A stretch of DNA of 61,666 nucleotides, filler included, from Malassezia furfur (lineage: Eukaryota): assembly GCA_052055015.1 (NCBI GenBank). It is 6 parts of 6 records of this genome, joined end to end, with 100 filler letters (N's around TTAATTAATTAA, not from the genome) between each part and the next. Parts side by side here need not be neighbours in the genome. Positions count along the whole stretch, not along the records: positions 20,683 to 30,890 come from JBQJIT010000399.1; positions 30,991 to 41,172 come from JBQJIT010000400.1; 4 more parts are not named here. One strand, 5' to 3'. Shown here one piece after another: positions 23,072 through 32,768 of the stretch (position 1 is its first letter; the number at the start of each line of letters is the position of its first letter). Made by a program: the position numbers and the translations under genes. The notes under the pieces are model-generated. The model saw only the letters and a list, made by a program, of their open reading frames with translations, made no database searches and had not been told where the DNA came from.

Positions 23072-23908
23072 CTAGGCACGACTCCGTTTCGATCGCCGCA
23101 CCGCCGACCGCGCACTCGTAGGGCCATCGGCGACGGCTAGTACGCCGCTGTCTGCCGCCTCACGCGCCCCCTTGGCATTGGCCGCCCGCGCAGCCGTCAG
23201 CGCACGCACCAGCGCGTCGTGGTCGGCCGCGCGTGTCTGGGCGCGCGAGCGGCTTGCCTGCTGCGTCTGAGCGATGTGCTCGTCGAGCGTATGCACGGCA
23301 CGCTCCGCACGCTGCGCCCATGTTTTCAATGCCGCATGTAGCACTGCAAGTGCCTCGGATGTGCCGCCATCTGCACCCGCGCGCGGCACGTCGCGTGCGG
23401 TGACTTGGTCGACGTACAATTCGCGCGCGAGTCCATCGAGGCGCCCGGCAAAGAAGGACTGGTAGATGCCGTCGATGACCAAATCCTCGAGCATGCGCGT
23501 CGCGTGCGTAGTATCAGCGGGGGTATCGAGACCGAGCGCGTGCTGCAGCTCCGCGTAGGACAGCACACGGGAGCGATGGGCCAGGGACAGGATGGTCAGC
23601 TGCCGGAGCTTGGCAATCTGTGCCTCGGTAAGCTGTGTGTAGGTGGATGCATTTGCAGCGTAGTCGGACCAGGTGCCCGTGGCAAACAGCTGGAGCGTGT
23701 GCCACGCGGGTGCTTGCGTGGGATCGGTCGCGAGCTGTGTCAGGATGCGACGTACCGCCTGGATCGCCGGAAAGGCGAGCAGTTCACCGAACACCGATGT
23801 GCCGGGCGCCTCAGTCGCTTCACGCACGATACGCGCCGCATCCGCGGCATCCGCACACCGCTGTGCCTGCGCACACCACGGCGCAAGTGCCGTGCCTCCG
23901 TCGTGCAT
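23072..23908 (-). CDS. PCI-domain protein, COP9 signalosome subunit 7-like
   Basis: VFGELL, LQLFATGTWSDY, KLRQLTILSLA, LEDLVIDGIY..GRLD; probable 21-nt in-frame intron 23735-23755. Confidence 0.8.
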   Translation of the reverse strand: MHDGGTALAPWCAQAQRCADAADAARIVREATEAPGTSVFGELLAFPAIQAVRRILTQLATDPTQAPAWHTLQLFATGTWSDYAANASTYTQLTEAQIAKLRQLTILSLAHRSRVLSYAELQHALGLDTPADTTHATRMLEDLVIDGIYQSFFAGRLDGLARELYVDQVTARDVPRAGADGGTSEALAVLHAALKTWAQRAERAVHTLDEHIAQTQQASRSRAQTRAADHDALVRALTAARAANAKGAREAADSGVLAVADGPTSARSAVRRSKRSRA

Positions 23909-23965
23909 GGTGCGGGGAACGACCAGCAGGGGCGAGCCTCCACTTGCCTACAAAAAGGACCCTTT

Positions 23966-26302
23966 CTACGATACGCTCGGGCTGCGCGAGTGCGATTCGC
24001 TGAGCCGACGGCTCAAGTTCCACGACTTGCGTCGCTCGGCAAAGAAATCGTCCGGGTGCTGGCACGCGGCGACGGCCTTGCGCATGTGGCTTGTGAGGTA
24101 GGTTAGGCCCACCTGGAAGGACGCATTCATCCATCCGAACCCCTCGCGCGGCACGTAGCTAAAGTCGGTGCCCTGGTTGCCATACTCGGCGTTGACCAGG
24201 TGCGAGAGGGCAACGACATCAAACTTTTCCGGAACGACGCCATTGAAGTCGACAAATGCCGTGGTCAGCAGAAACAGCCAGCGGTAGGCGAGGCGGCGCG
24301 CATCGTCCATGTAACCGTAGCGCTTCAGCCCCTCCCACGCGAGCATCTGGTGCGGTGGCCAAGCGAACGGGTAATCCCATTGCCGGTTGGGCCGCGCGAC
24401 CGAGATAGGCCCACGCGACTCCTCGGTGCCTGGCACGAGGCCGCCCGTCTCCTCAAACTTGGAAAGCGACATCTTGACCATGCGCTCGGCCTGCGCCTCG
24501 GACGCCATACCGGCCCACATCGCCCAGAAGCTGGTCACGCTCTCGTACAGGCTCTGCTCCTTCTCGACAAGGTCGTAGTCAAAGTAGAGCCCCTCGGTTT
24601 GGTTCCAGCAGTAGCGGTCCACCTGCGCTTTGCGGAAATCGGCGCGTGCCAACCACTCGTCGCTGTGCTGCGGCACAGAGCGCGAGCGGCGCTCGCCCTC
24701 GGGCGGCGTGCTGGTCGGCGAGGCGGGCGCATGCAGCACAAAGTCCTCCTCGAGCTCGAGGTTGTCGTCGAACTCCTCGTAGATCACGCGCGCAATGTCC
24801 GTCTCGTACTTGTATAGCAGCGCATTCAGGTCGATCGTCGCGAGATTGGCGCACCGGCGCTCGAGGCGGTACGACGTGTCGTGCCCGCTCTCGCGCACGG
24901 CGCGGTCGTGCACAAAATAGGCATCGAGCTCCGGTTCCTCGACCAGCTGATGGTCGTACATCCGCCGGAACTCTTTGATGCTGCAGTTGTACTTTTCCGC
25001 GTACGGCCGCAGGATCGCGGTAAAGTGCGTGCGCTCCGTCTCGGGCGTGACACCAAGACCCTCGGCATAGTAGCGTGACAGGCCCGTCTCGGGGTCGTAG
25101 CGCGGCGCGTTCATCCACACGGTGTGGTACTCTTTGATCGCGGCTTGGATCGCGCGGCGCAAAAAGTCTTTGTTGTCGCGCTCGCGCTCAGGTTCCGGCT
25201 CGGGCAGCGCCGCAAGGTTGGCCTTCTCCTTCTCGTAGATACGGATCGCAAAATCGGTCAGGAAGGGTGGCTGCGAACGAAGCAGGTAGTAGGTGCGGTT
25301 CCCGTTCAGGATCTTGCCATAGTGCTTGATCTCGAAGATGAAGTGCTCCGCCGCTCCGCGCGCGAGGTCCAACCGATTGTCCTGGATGAGACCGAGGGCA
25401 ATAAAGTAGCTGTCCCAGTTGTACAGCTCGTTGAAGCGCGCTCCGGGCACCACGAATGGGATACCCTCCATATCCACCAGCCCCGTCTTGGGATCCGTGT
25501 GCGACTTCATTGCGATGGCCAGCAGGCCGGGACGGGGATTCAGACTAAGCATGTACTCCGGTGTGATTTTGTCGGGGAGCGCCTCGACCACCAAGTTGAG
25601 GTTCGGCCGCTCGCGCGCCACGCGGTGGTAGTACTCAAGCATCTCCGTCTCGGCCGCAGGTACATAGATGATGTTCTCCGTGTTGGTCCCGGCACCTTTG
25701 GTATCGACCAACACCTGCTCAAGACCATCTGCATCAATGCGGCGTGTCAAATTGTCCCAGAACATCTCGCGAATCATGCGCGACAGGCGTTCAATCGGGT
25801 TTTCGGCCAGACGCGCCTCTTCGATTACGACGCGCTTCTCGTCACGGTCTTTGGCGATCGCAAGCTCCTGGAGTAGGTTGGAGAGCATGTACGTTCCACG
25901 CACTTCCACACCTTTGTATCCATTGCTCGCGACCGTGCCGAGCGTGACTGACTTGGGGCCACTATCGGTGATCGAGATCTGGTTGTTACCGTCCGTGTCC
26001 TCCTGCGCCAATATATGGTTCATCATCGGCTCAACATCCACAATAAACTGGCGCTGTAGCGGCTTCTCAATCGACTCTGCATCGTGACTCATGCGCCGCG
26101 ACGGCAGAATTCGCTCCTCATCCAGCTTGGACGGGCGCCGTTTGCGATGCCGCATACTAAACGTCCGACGCATGCCCGCATGCGAGAACGGGCCGCCGGT
26201 CTTCACATCGGGGGACGAACTAATGTCCAGCGCCGAGTCACCTTCGTCCGCATTCAAGATCTGCGACTCGATCAGTGTCTCCAGGTCGGGACTCGCACTC
26301 AT
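23966..26302 (-). CDS. NTH1: Neutral trehalase
   Basis: PKA-type sites (RRTFS, RRPS, RRMS), Ca-binding loop EDTDGNNQISITD, PGARFNELYNWDSYF, QWDYPFAWPPHQ, EGFGWMNAS. In-frame upstream ATGs exist, so the start is uncertain. Confidence 0.95.
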   Translation of the reverse strand: MSASPDLETLIESQILNADEGDSALDISSSPDVKTGGPFSHAGMRRTFSMRHRKRRPSKLDEERILPSRRMSHDAESIEKPLQRQFIVDVEPMMNHILAQEDTDGNNQISITDSGPKSVTLGTVASNGYKGVEVRGTYMLSNLLQELAIAKDRDEKRVVIEEARLAENPIERLSRMIREMFWDNLTRRIDADGLEQVLVDTKGAGTNTENIIYVPAAETEMLEYYHRVARERPNLNLVVEALPDKITPEYMLSLNPRPGLLAIAMKSHTDPKTGLVDMEGIPFVVPGARFNELYNWDSYFIALGLIQDNRLDLARGAAEHFIFEIKHYGKILNGNRTYYLLRSQPPFLTDFAIRIYEKEKANLAALPEPEPERERDNKDFLRRAIQAAIKEYHTVWMNAPRYDPETGLSRYYAEGLGVTPETERTHFTAILRPYAEKYNCSIKEFRRMYDHQLVEEPELDAYFVHDRAVRESGHDTSYRLERRCANLATIDLNALLYKYETDIARVIYEEFDDNLELEEDFVLHAPASPTSTPPEGERRSRSVPQHSDEWLARADFRKAQVDRYCWNQTEGLYFDYDLVEKEQSLYESVTSFWAMWAGMASEAQAERMVKMSLSKFEETGGLVPGTEESRGPISVARPNRQWDYPFAWPPHQMLAWEGLKRYGYMDDARRLAYRWLFLLTTAFVDFNGVVPEKFDVVALSHLVNAEYGNQGTDFSYVPREGFGWMNASFQVGLTYLTSHMRKAVAACQHPDDFFAERRKSWNLSRRLSESHSRSPSVS

Positions 26303-26999
26303 CGTGTCGTGGACGTTGGGGTGCGGGCGGGCCTCCACACAACTCAAATCTATGCGCGCATTGCTTGATGGGGCGGATAGGCCAGTGGCGGATAGGCCAG
26401 GGCGGCGATCGGTCCCCCTTATTTTTTTTGGAAAGAAGAATGCCATAGTGACAAGGTCGCGACGCCCGAGATGCATTTGTACTCATGGATACTCATTTTG
26501 CCCATCCCAGGTACTTTTAAGGGACGGGAATGGTAGGTAACATAAACGGCATTCTCCATAGCTGCGTGTGAGGGCCTTTCGAGCAAGGTCATGCATCACA
26601 GCCATCAAGGAAGTCATGACTAGGCAAGCCACTGGCGCCTAGAATGTGTGCACTTGCTTGCATACACCGAATGAAGTCTATTCAGCCATCCAGTGCTGCT
26701 GGCTGTCATCACCTATGCGTTGCATGCCTGGCTTTCGCACACACGAAGCTCCTGTTTGCACATCGGTTCAGCAACCGAGCGACAGCCCAGGCGTCCTCAA
26801 CATCGGCCGCCACGCTCTATTGTGTAAAGGGGAATAGGAGTATATTTTTTCACCACTACGCAACAGTAGCTAACCGCACAAAATGGCAGTCATATGCGTA
26901 TCGCCCAGACATGCTAGGTCCTTGCCAGCACTTGAGCGCGGTTGTAACACCATGGCACTGGCAACGGTGTGCCAGTATAGACAGAACAAAACGTTGCAT

Positions 27000-27529
27000 T
27001 TAGTCGAAGAGACCAAAGCCCATCTGTTGCATGTGTTAGCGTCTCGCCCAGAGTGCGCGCGGTACGTACGTCCTCGTCAGACTCCTCCTTCTCCTCCTCC
27101 TTCTTCTCCTCCTCCTTGGGAGCCTCAGCACCGCCAGCAGCAGCGCCACCAGCAGCAGCGGGGGCGGCAGCGGCAGCGCCACCACCCGAGCCGACGTTGG
27201 TCAGGAGCTCCTTGACGTCCTTGCCCTCAAGAGCCTTGGCGAGCAGGTTCGCCCAGATCGGCTCGACGGGGGTGCCGGCGGCGTTGGTGAGCTCAACGAT
27301 CTTGTCGCTCTGTGCAGTGTTAGTATCTCGGTTCGCTCATGAGCCGTCCGGTCGGTGCACAGTGGGGCGACGTTTAGGTGCGCCGTGCCGCATCACCGCC
27401 GAATAGCTGATACATACGGTGATCTCGATGCCCTCGTCGGCGAGAATCAGAGCAGCGTAAGTAGCGGCAAGGTCGCTGTCGCGGTGTCAGTATACGTCCT
27501 CGCGCATTCATCACATACGTAGAAGCCAT
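27000..27529 (-). CDS. RPP1: 60S acidic ribosomal protein P1
   Basis: Spliced [62 protein letters not shown]; three introns, including 27310-27417 (108 nt). Missed by the ORF track. Confidence 0.95.
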
Positions 27530-27730
27530 TGTGAATTGGTCTTGCTAGGTGAGCGAGAAAGAAGCATCGCGCCGCAAGCCCTGTGCCAGCCAGACATGCA
27601 CGTGACCCGTATATACAGATTCACGTGCGGGTCGAGCACGTCTTCGGGTGCGTCCGCTCCACATGTGGAGGTGTGGTGACGCCACCAGGAAGCAGGCGCA
27701 CGCCCCCCGCTCCATCCTTCCCAGTTTCCC

Positions 27731-27985
27731 ATGAGTGAAGCGAAGGAGGTGAAGACGTCGCCACACCTAGTGTCGGAACTCAATCCAAAAGGGATCAGGC
27801 CGTACGTATTTTATTTAAGCTCACATTCTAGCTGCTGTGCCTGCCCTGAAACCAAGGCTGCGCGTGATGACTGCTTCCTCAAGTTCGGCCATAGTGTCGA
27901 AGAGCACGGCGAATCGGCGCGCAAGTGCGAGGAGCTCGTCAAAAAGCACCGGGAATGTATGGCAAGCCTTGGTTTTAAGGTTTAG
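27731..27985 (+). CDS. COX17: Cytochrome c oxidase copper chaperone
   Basis: [16 protein letters not shown] plus twin CX9C after removing in-frame 30-nt intron 27802-27831. Confidence 0.93.
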   Translation: MSEAKEVKTSPHLVSELNPKGIRPYVFYLSSHSSCCACPETKAARDDCFLKFGHSVEEHGESARKCEELVKKHRECMASLGFKV

Positions 27986-28254
27986 TCGCACCCTACCAAA
28001 ACTATAGATGCATACCACGAAATTCCCCTACCCCTGCTGCAATCGATGCAACGCACGCGCGGCGCACCTACCGCTGCGCCGCGTGGAGGAACGGCGAGTA
28101 GGGTGCACGCGATCTGGTCCGTGCCCCCTGGCACGTGGCACTGTGCACGTGGACTCGGTACGGCCTACCATAAGCTCTCGGCAACTGTGCCAGTACCCCG
28201 CCCAACGGACTTCGTCTTCACTTTCTCCTCGAACCAGTCTGACGCACATTTACC

Positions 28255-28940
28255 ATGTCGCGTCTTGAATCGGTATCCTCCACGGTTGGGGGATACATCT
28301 CCAACCTGTATGAACGTGCGTCGCAAATGGTACACCCCTCCGAGGAGCGCACGGGGGAGCAACAGCCTCTGCTCCACGGCCAGTCGTCCCCCGAATATGG
28401 TAGTACGCCAAGGGACACGATCCCTGTACCAAAGCCCCGCAAGGTGAAGAGCCCGGTCAAGGTTGAGGCGAAGGTTTGGTTCGCTAACGAGGTATGTCTC
28501 CGTATCGTGTGTTTCCCGCTGACCGATAGCGCACCTGGATTTCATGGTTGCGTTGCTCTGTGCTTATGGGTACGCTCTCGCTCGCGCTCTTCAATTCTGC
28601 CTCGTACTTCAAGCCGGAACCCGTGCCACCGCCTTTTGAGCCTGGTCCGGAGCAATCTTATCAGATGCGCATGTTCCGCACCGTCCGCACGTTTGGTATC
28701 ATCTACGCTCTGATTTCGGTTATGACGCTGCTCTGGGGCCTATACAACTACCAACGTCGCATCACGCTGATTAAGAGCAAGTGGCCGGGCAGTTTCGGTA
28801 TGTCCAATGGTTGGCTGACTTCCAGACGACATGATCGGGCCGCCAGTGGTGTGTGCTGCCACATTTATTGCCATTCTCGCCAACTTTATCATCTCAGGTA
28901 CGTTCTCCCTTCTCATGATTCAGTGAAGCAGCACTATTAA
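28255..28940 (+). CDS. DUF202 / Vtc1-like small membrane protein
   Basis: Spliced PVKVEAKVWFANERTWISWLR followed by three hydrophobic helices; three introns (first 28492-28529). Confidence 0.75.
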
Positions 28941-29498
28941 GCAGCCCATGGTGAATCCTAAGCACCGGCGTACCCAACCCCTGCTTGTCGTAAGTCGACA
29001 TGGCGTGAATGTATTTCTATAGAGTCAAATCTCTACGCTGGACAACAGAGCACAAACGCTAATGTCTGGTCCTCTATTTTGAGCGCCTAACGCGAAGTTC
29101 CATCGAAACGCTGCGGCGCGAAGCCATTCCCATAATGTGGCGCTCGGAGATACACTGATGCACCGAGCCATGCGTGTCGTACCCCAACATAGTGTAAATG
29201 TATTTCCATCGACTCCGTAGTCTATGTCGGGCGTTATGAGCGTAAACGCCGATATTTGTACTCTTCTCCGCGCACCTTTTTTTTTGCAATCGCGCAATGA
29301 GCAGCAGCGCAATGTTCTCTCGCCCTTTGACGTTCGGTGATAAAGTTTCGGGCCAATCGTCGCTTCATACCTTTGCGCCGAGTAGGGTTAAAAATCTCAC
29401 GCCTGCGGAATAACTTTACGTCATCGGGGTGTGGCCCATGCTTCACACGACACATTTAAAAGCTCGGGCTCGGGCTGATAACACGAACCACCACCAAA

Positions 29499-30524
29499 AT
29501 GTCGACGCAAGTGGATCTCGGTACTGTTTTCAAGGGTAGCTCGAGCGGCAAAATCGTCCAGGCTAAGGGCGAGACGGTCGAGCTAAAGCCCGACCAGGTC
29601 GTCATTGACATTGCCTACTCGGGTCTGTGTGGCACGGATCTGCACTTCCGCAAGAACCCCAACATGGTTCTTGGTCACGAGGGTGTCGGTGTCATCTCGC
29701 AGGTTGGCAAGGACGTTAAGCTGTTCAAGGTCGGTGACCGTGTCGGCTGGGGCTACAACCACAATGCCTGCGGCCACTGCAAGGAGTGCTGGAACGGCAT
29801 TGATACGCTGTGCCACGAGCGCCAGATGTACGGTGCTGCGGACTTCGAGTTCGGCAGCTTCGGCGACCGTGCTGTGCTGAACGCCTTCTTCGTCCACAAG
29901 ATCCCTGACAACATCCCTCTTCGCCTGGCTGGCCCCCTGCAGTGCGGTGGTGCGACGGTGTACAGCGCGATTGACAGCGCCGGTGTCCACCCGGCGAACC
30001 GTGTCGGTGTGGTCGGCCTGGGTGGTCTCGGCCATCTTGCTGTGCAGTATCTGAACAAGATGGGCTGCGATGTGGTTGTCTTCAGCCACAGCGACAACAA
30101 GAAGAAGCAGGCCGAGGAGCTGGGCGCGAAGGAGTTCGTGGCCGTCAAGGAGAACCCCGAGTTCAAGGACGTGAAGCCGGTGGACTATCTCTTCATCTCT
30201 ACGAGCCAGCAGCCTGACTGGAACCAGTTCTTCAAAATCATGGCCCCGCGCGGCACGATTGTTCCCCTGACGGTTTCGTTTGAGGAGATGAAGCACCCCT
30301 ATGCTGAAATCCTGTTTAACGAGCTCTCCATCACGGGCAGTGTCGTCGCTCGCCGCCAGGTGCACCGCGAGATGCTCGAGTTCAGCGCCCGCCAGAAGGT
30401 GGAGCCTTGGATTGAGGAGCTGCCCATGACCGAGGAGGGCCTGAACACGGCCTTCGACCGTCTCGAGAAGGGCGATGTTCGCTACCGCTTTGTGCTCAAG
30501 TCGCAGCGCACGAACGCGGAGTAA
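29499..30524 (+). CDS. Zn-dependent NADP alcohol dehydrogenase (cinnamyl-ADH/Adh6 family)
   Basis: CGTDLH, GHEGVG, structural Zn CGHCKEC..C, GLGGLGH, GDVRYRFVL; intronless, strong codon bias; TATA-like TTTAAAAG about 40 bp upstream. Confidence 0.92.
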   Translation: MSTQVDLGTVFKGSSSGKIVQAKGETVELKPDQVVIDIAYSGLCGTDLHFRKNPNMVLGHEGVGVISQVGKDVKLFKVGDRVGWGYNHNACGHCKECWNGIDTLCHERQMYGAADFEFGSFGDRAVLNAFFVHKIPDNIPLRLAGPLQCGGATVYSAIDSAGVHPANRVGVVGLGGLGHLAVQYLNKMGCDVVVFSHSDNKKKQAEELGAKEFVAVKENPEFKDVKPVDYLFISTSQQPDWNQFFKIMAPRGTIVPLTVSFEEMKHPYAEILFNELSITGSVVARRQVHREMLEFSARQKVEPWIEELPMTEEGLNTAFDRLEKGDVRYRFVLKSQRTNAE

Positions 30525-30694
30525 GCGATTATCATAGCGTTACTTTCCATACTCAATCTGTATACAACATTGTATACTGGTGCTGCTGCACGGGCCTCGA
30601 CTGATCGGTAACGTAAGCATGCGAGGGAATTTTCCGTCTGGCCCGCGCGCAGTGTCACACGACTGTGGATACGGACGTTCCACACTCGCACATC

Positions 30695-30890
30695 ATGTCG
30701 ACGAAAGTGGATCTCGGAACGGTGTTCAAGGGCAGCTCGAGCGGGAAGATTGTCCAGGCCAAGGGCGAGACGGTCGAGCTGAAGCCTGACCAGGTGGTCA
30801 TCGACATCGCTTATTCGGGTCTGTGCGGCTCTGACCTGCATTTCCGCAAGAATGGCGACATGGTGCTGGGTCACGAAGGTGTCGGTGTCA
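30695..30890 (+). CDS. Tandem paralog of the alcohol dehydrogenase, 3' truncated
   Basis: MSTKVDLGTVFKGSSSGK..CGSDLHFRKNGDMVLGHEGVGV is nearly identical in protein to the 29499 gene but has many synonymous differences. Confidence 0.9.
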
Positions 30891-30990
30891 NNNNNNNNNN
30901 NNNNNNNNNNNNNNNNNNNNNNNNNNNNNNNNNNTTAATTAATTAANNNNNNNNNNNNNNNNNNNNNNNNNNNNNNNNNNNNNNNNNNNN
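30891..30990. other. Artificial contig linker
   Basis: N44-TTAATTAATTAA-N44. Confidence 0.98.
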
Positions 30991-31532
30991 GGGAGCGGCG
31001 CCTCGGGCGCCGGCGCCGCGCTTGCAGCCGCCGCAGCGGGCGCAGTCTCCGCCGCGGACGCCGTGTCGGATGCGCCGGCCGCCTGCTGCGCCTCTAGCCG
31101 CTGCTTCTTGTTCCACTTCTTGCGCTGTGCCTTGCTCATTGCTGCGACCTCGGGTGGCAGCTGTGGCTGGGCGGCCTTGTGCTTTGCCTCGGCGGCGGCA
31201 AATGGATCCGCGTGCCGGCGTGCCGACTTTTTGCCGACGGCTGCCGACTTGCCATCCTCGTCGTCCGAGACCTCTTCCTTTCGCGCGGTTTCGTGCGGGC
31301 GTTTCTTGCCCTTGCTCAGCTGCGCGCGCAGTTTCTGGTCGGTGGCCGATAGCGACGACTGCGTCTGCGCACCGACGCCGAGCGTCGCCGAGCGCCGCAC
31401 AGGCGCCGCTGCGGGGGCACTCGTTGGCTTCGACCGCTCTTTCTCTGGTAACCTCGACAGGATGTCATCTGCGAGGCTCGAGCGATGCTGCTGCAGCTGC
31501 TGCTGCAGCGCACTCAAGTCTACGTCGCTCAT
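30991..31532 (-). CDS. Hypothetical basic, low-complexity protein, 3' truncated
   Basis: ATG preceded by an A-tract; Lys-rich NLS-like segments, RSATLGVGA motif. Confidence 0.6.
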
Positions 31533-31649
31533 GAGATTTTTTTTGGGAAGGACGTGCGCTTCCTAGGCATTAGTCAGCGTAGGGCGGGTCCCTAGGGCCC
31601 AGGCGCGCCGGGGCGCAGCGCGGGGGCATCCGTGCCTTCTTCTCCCACC

Positions 31650-32522
31650 ATGAGCGGCACCCACCAGCAGCAAGCGAGCGCCGAGCCGAACCAGTCGTCG
31701 TTCGGCCTTACATCCGAGGACCCCAGTGTGGGTCCCGAGCAGCAAGCACAGGACGTGCAGACGTTGGCCCAGGAGCCGGCGCAGGACGTGGGCGGCTCCA
31801 TCCCCTCAAGCAACGCCCAGGGGCGCGGCACGCCGCCGCTCATGAGCAGCGGGCAGGACAACACCGCGACGGGGCCCACGGAGACCTATGTGACAGATGC
31901 ATCGAGCCGCTCGGAGAACAACCTGCCCCACAGTGCGGGGCCGTCCCAAGGCACAGGCACGACGCAGGCCTCGGCCACGGACCTGTACCCGAAGGTGTCG
32001 GAGGACGAGGAGGTCAAGGACGAGGAGAAGCTCGCCCAGCAAGAGGCACGCCGCTCGACGCAGTCCTCCTCGGCCACGAACCGCAACGCCTCGCAGCCCG
32101 CGCCCTCGCGCTCCCAAGCGTCGTCGGCCAGCCAGGCCCAGGCGGATTCGTCGGCGGCGCGCGGCACCTCGGCGCCGCCGGCGCGGCACAGCCACCCCTC
32201 GCATGCACATGACGCAGCGCATTCGTACGGTCTGGCCTCGGAAGGCTTTGATGTGGACCAGGACCAGGACGATCGCGACATGAACGAGATGATGCGTGAG
32301 CCTGCGCAGGAGCTGGGCGGTACTCTGCCTACGAGCGAGTGGCTCTCGCGCGGCAATCTCGACCGGGCCGAGCTTGCTGGCGGCTCTGGCACCTCGTCGC
32401 CGCTTGCGCCCGAGACGACGACGCGCGAGATGCGCGCCAAGAGCTACCCGATGGTGTCCGAGGCCGAAGAGGTGGAGGACGAGGAGGCGCTGGCCCGCAA
32501 GGAGCATGCCAGCCACAAGTAA
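31650..32522 (+). CDS. Hydrophilic, disordered protein with two internal repeats
   Basis: CACCATG start context; duplicated blocks F/YGL.SE, EPAQ(D/E)(V/L)GG, YP.VSE.EEV.DEE.LA. Confidence 0.75.
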   Translation: MSGTHQQQASAEPNQSSFGLTSEDPSVGPEQQAQDVQTLAQEPAQDVGGSIPSSNAQGRGTPPLMSSGQDNTATGPTETYVTDASSRSENNLPHSAGPSQGTGTTQASATDLYPKVSEDEEVKDEEKLAQQEARRSTQSSSATNRNASQPAPSRSQASSASQAQADSSAARGTSAPPARHSHPSHAHDAAHSYGLASEGFDVDQDQDDRDMNEMMREPAQELGGTLPTSEWLSRGNLDRAELAGGSGTSSPLAPETTTREMRAKSYPMVSEAEEVEDEEALARKEHASHK

Positions 32523-32768
32523 TGTAAGAGCACGTCCCCGGCAAGGTGTACTGTGTCGCACGAGGGCGTGTGCATGCCCCCCTAGACTCTGTAGATGCGT
32601 AGATTCTGCCGCATGCCCCGCGTCCGCCGCCCCCTGACCCCCGCGGCGGGGCCAACGCGTGTGCACGCGTGGTGGGTTTAGTAAGCAAACGTGGGATGCG
32701 TGGAACGACGCCGAGGTGGACCATCATCGCCGCTGGTTCGGTGCGGAGACGGCACGCACAGGGGCACG

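Noticed and set aside
26480..26990. Lower-GC non-coding stretch with small hairpins between NTH1 and RPP1
   Set aside because: No RNA-gene boxes or credible ORF identified; most simply promoter and terminator sequence.
27476..27518. GTGATGA and CTGA (C/D-like boxes) in RPP1 intron 1
   Set aside because: The intron is only about 43 nt, and the motifs overlap the donor and branch-point consensus; too short for a snoRNA.
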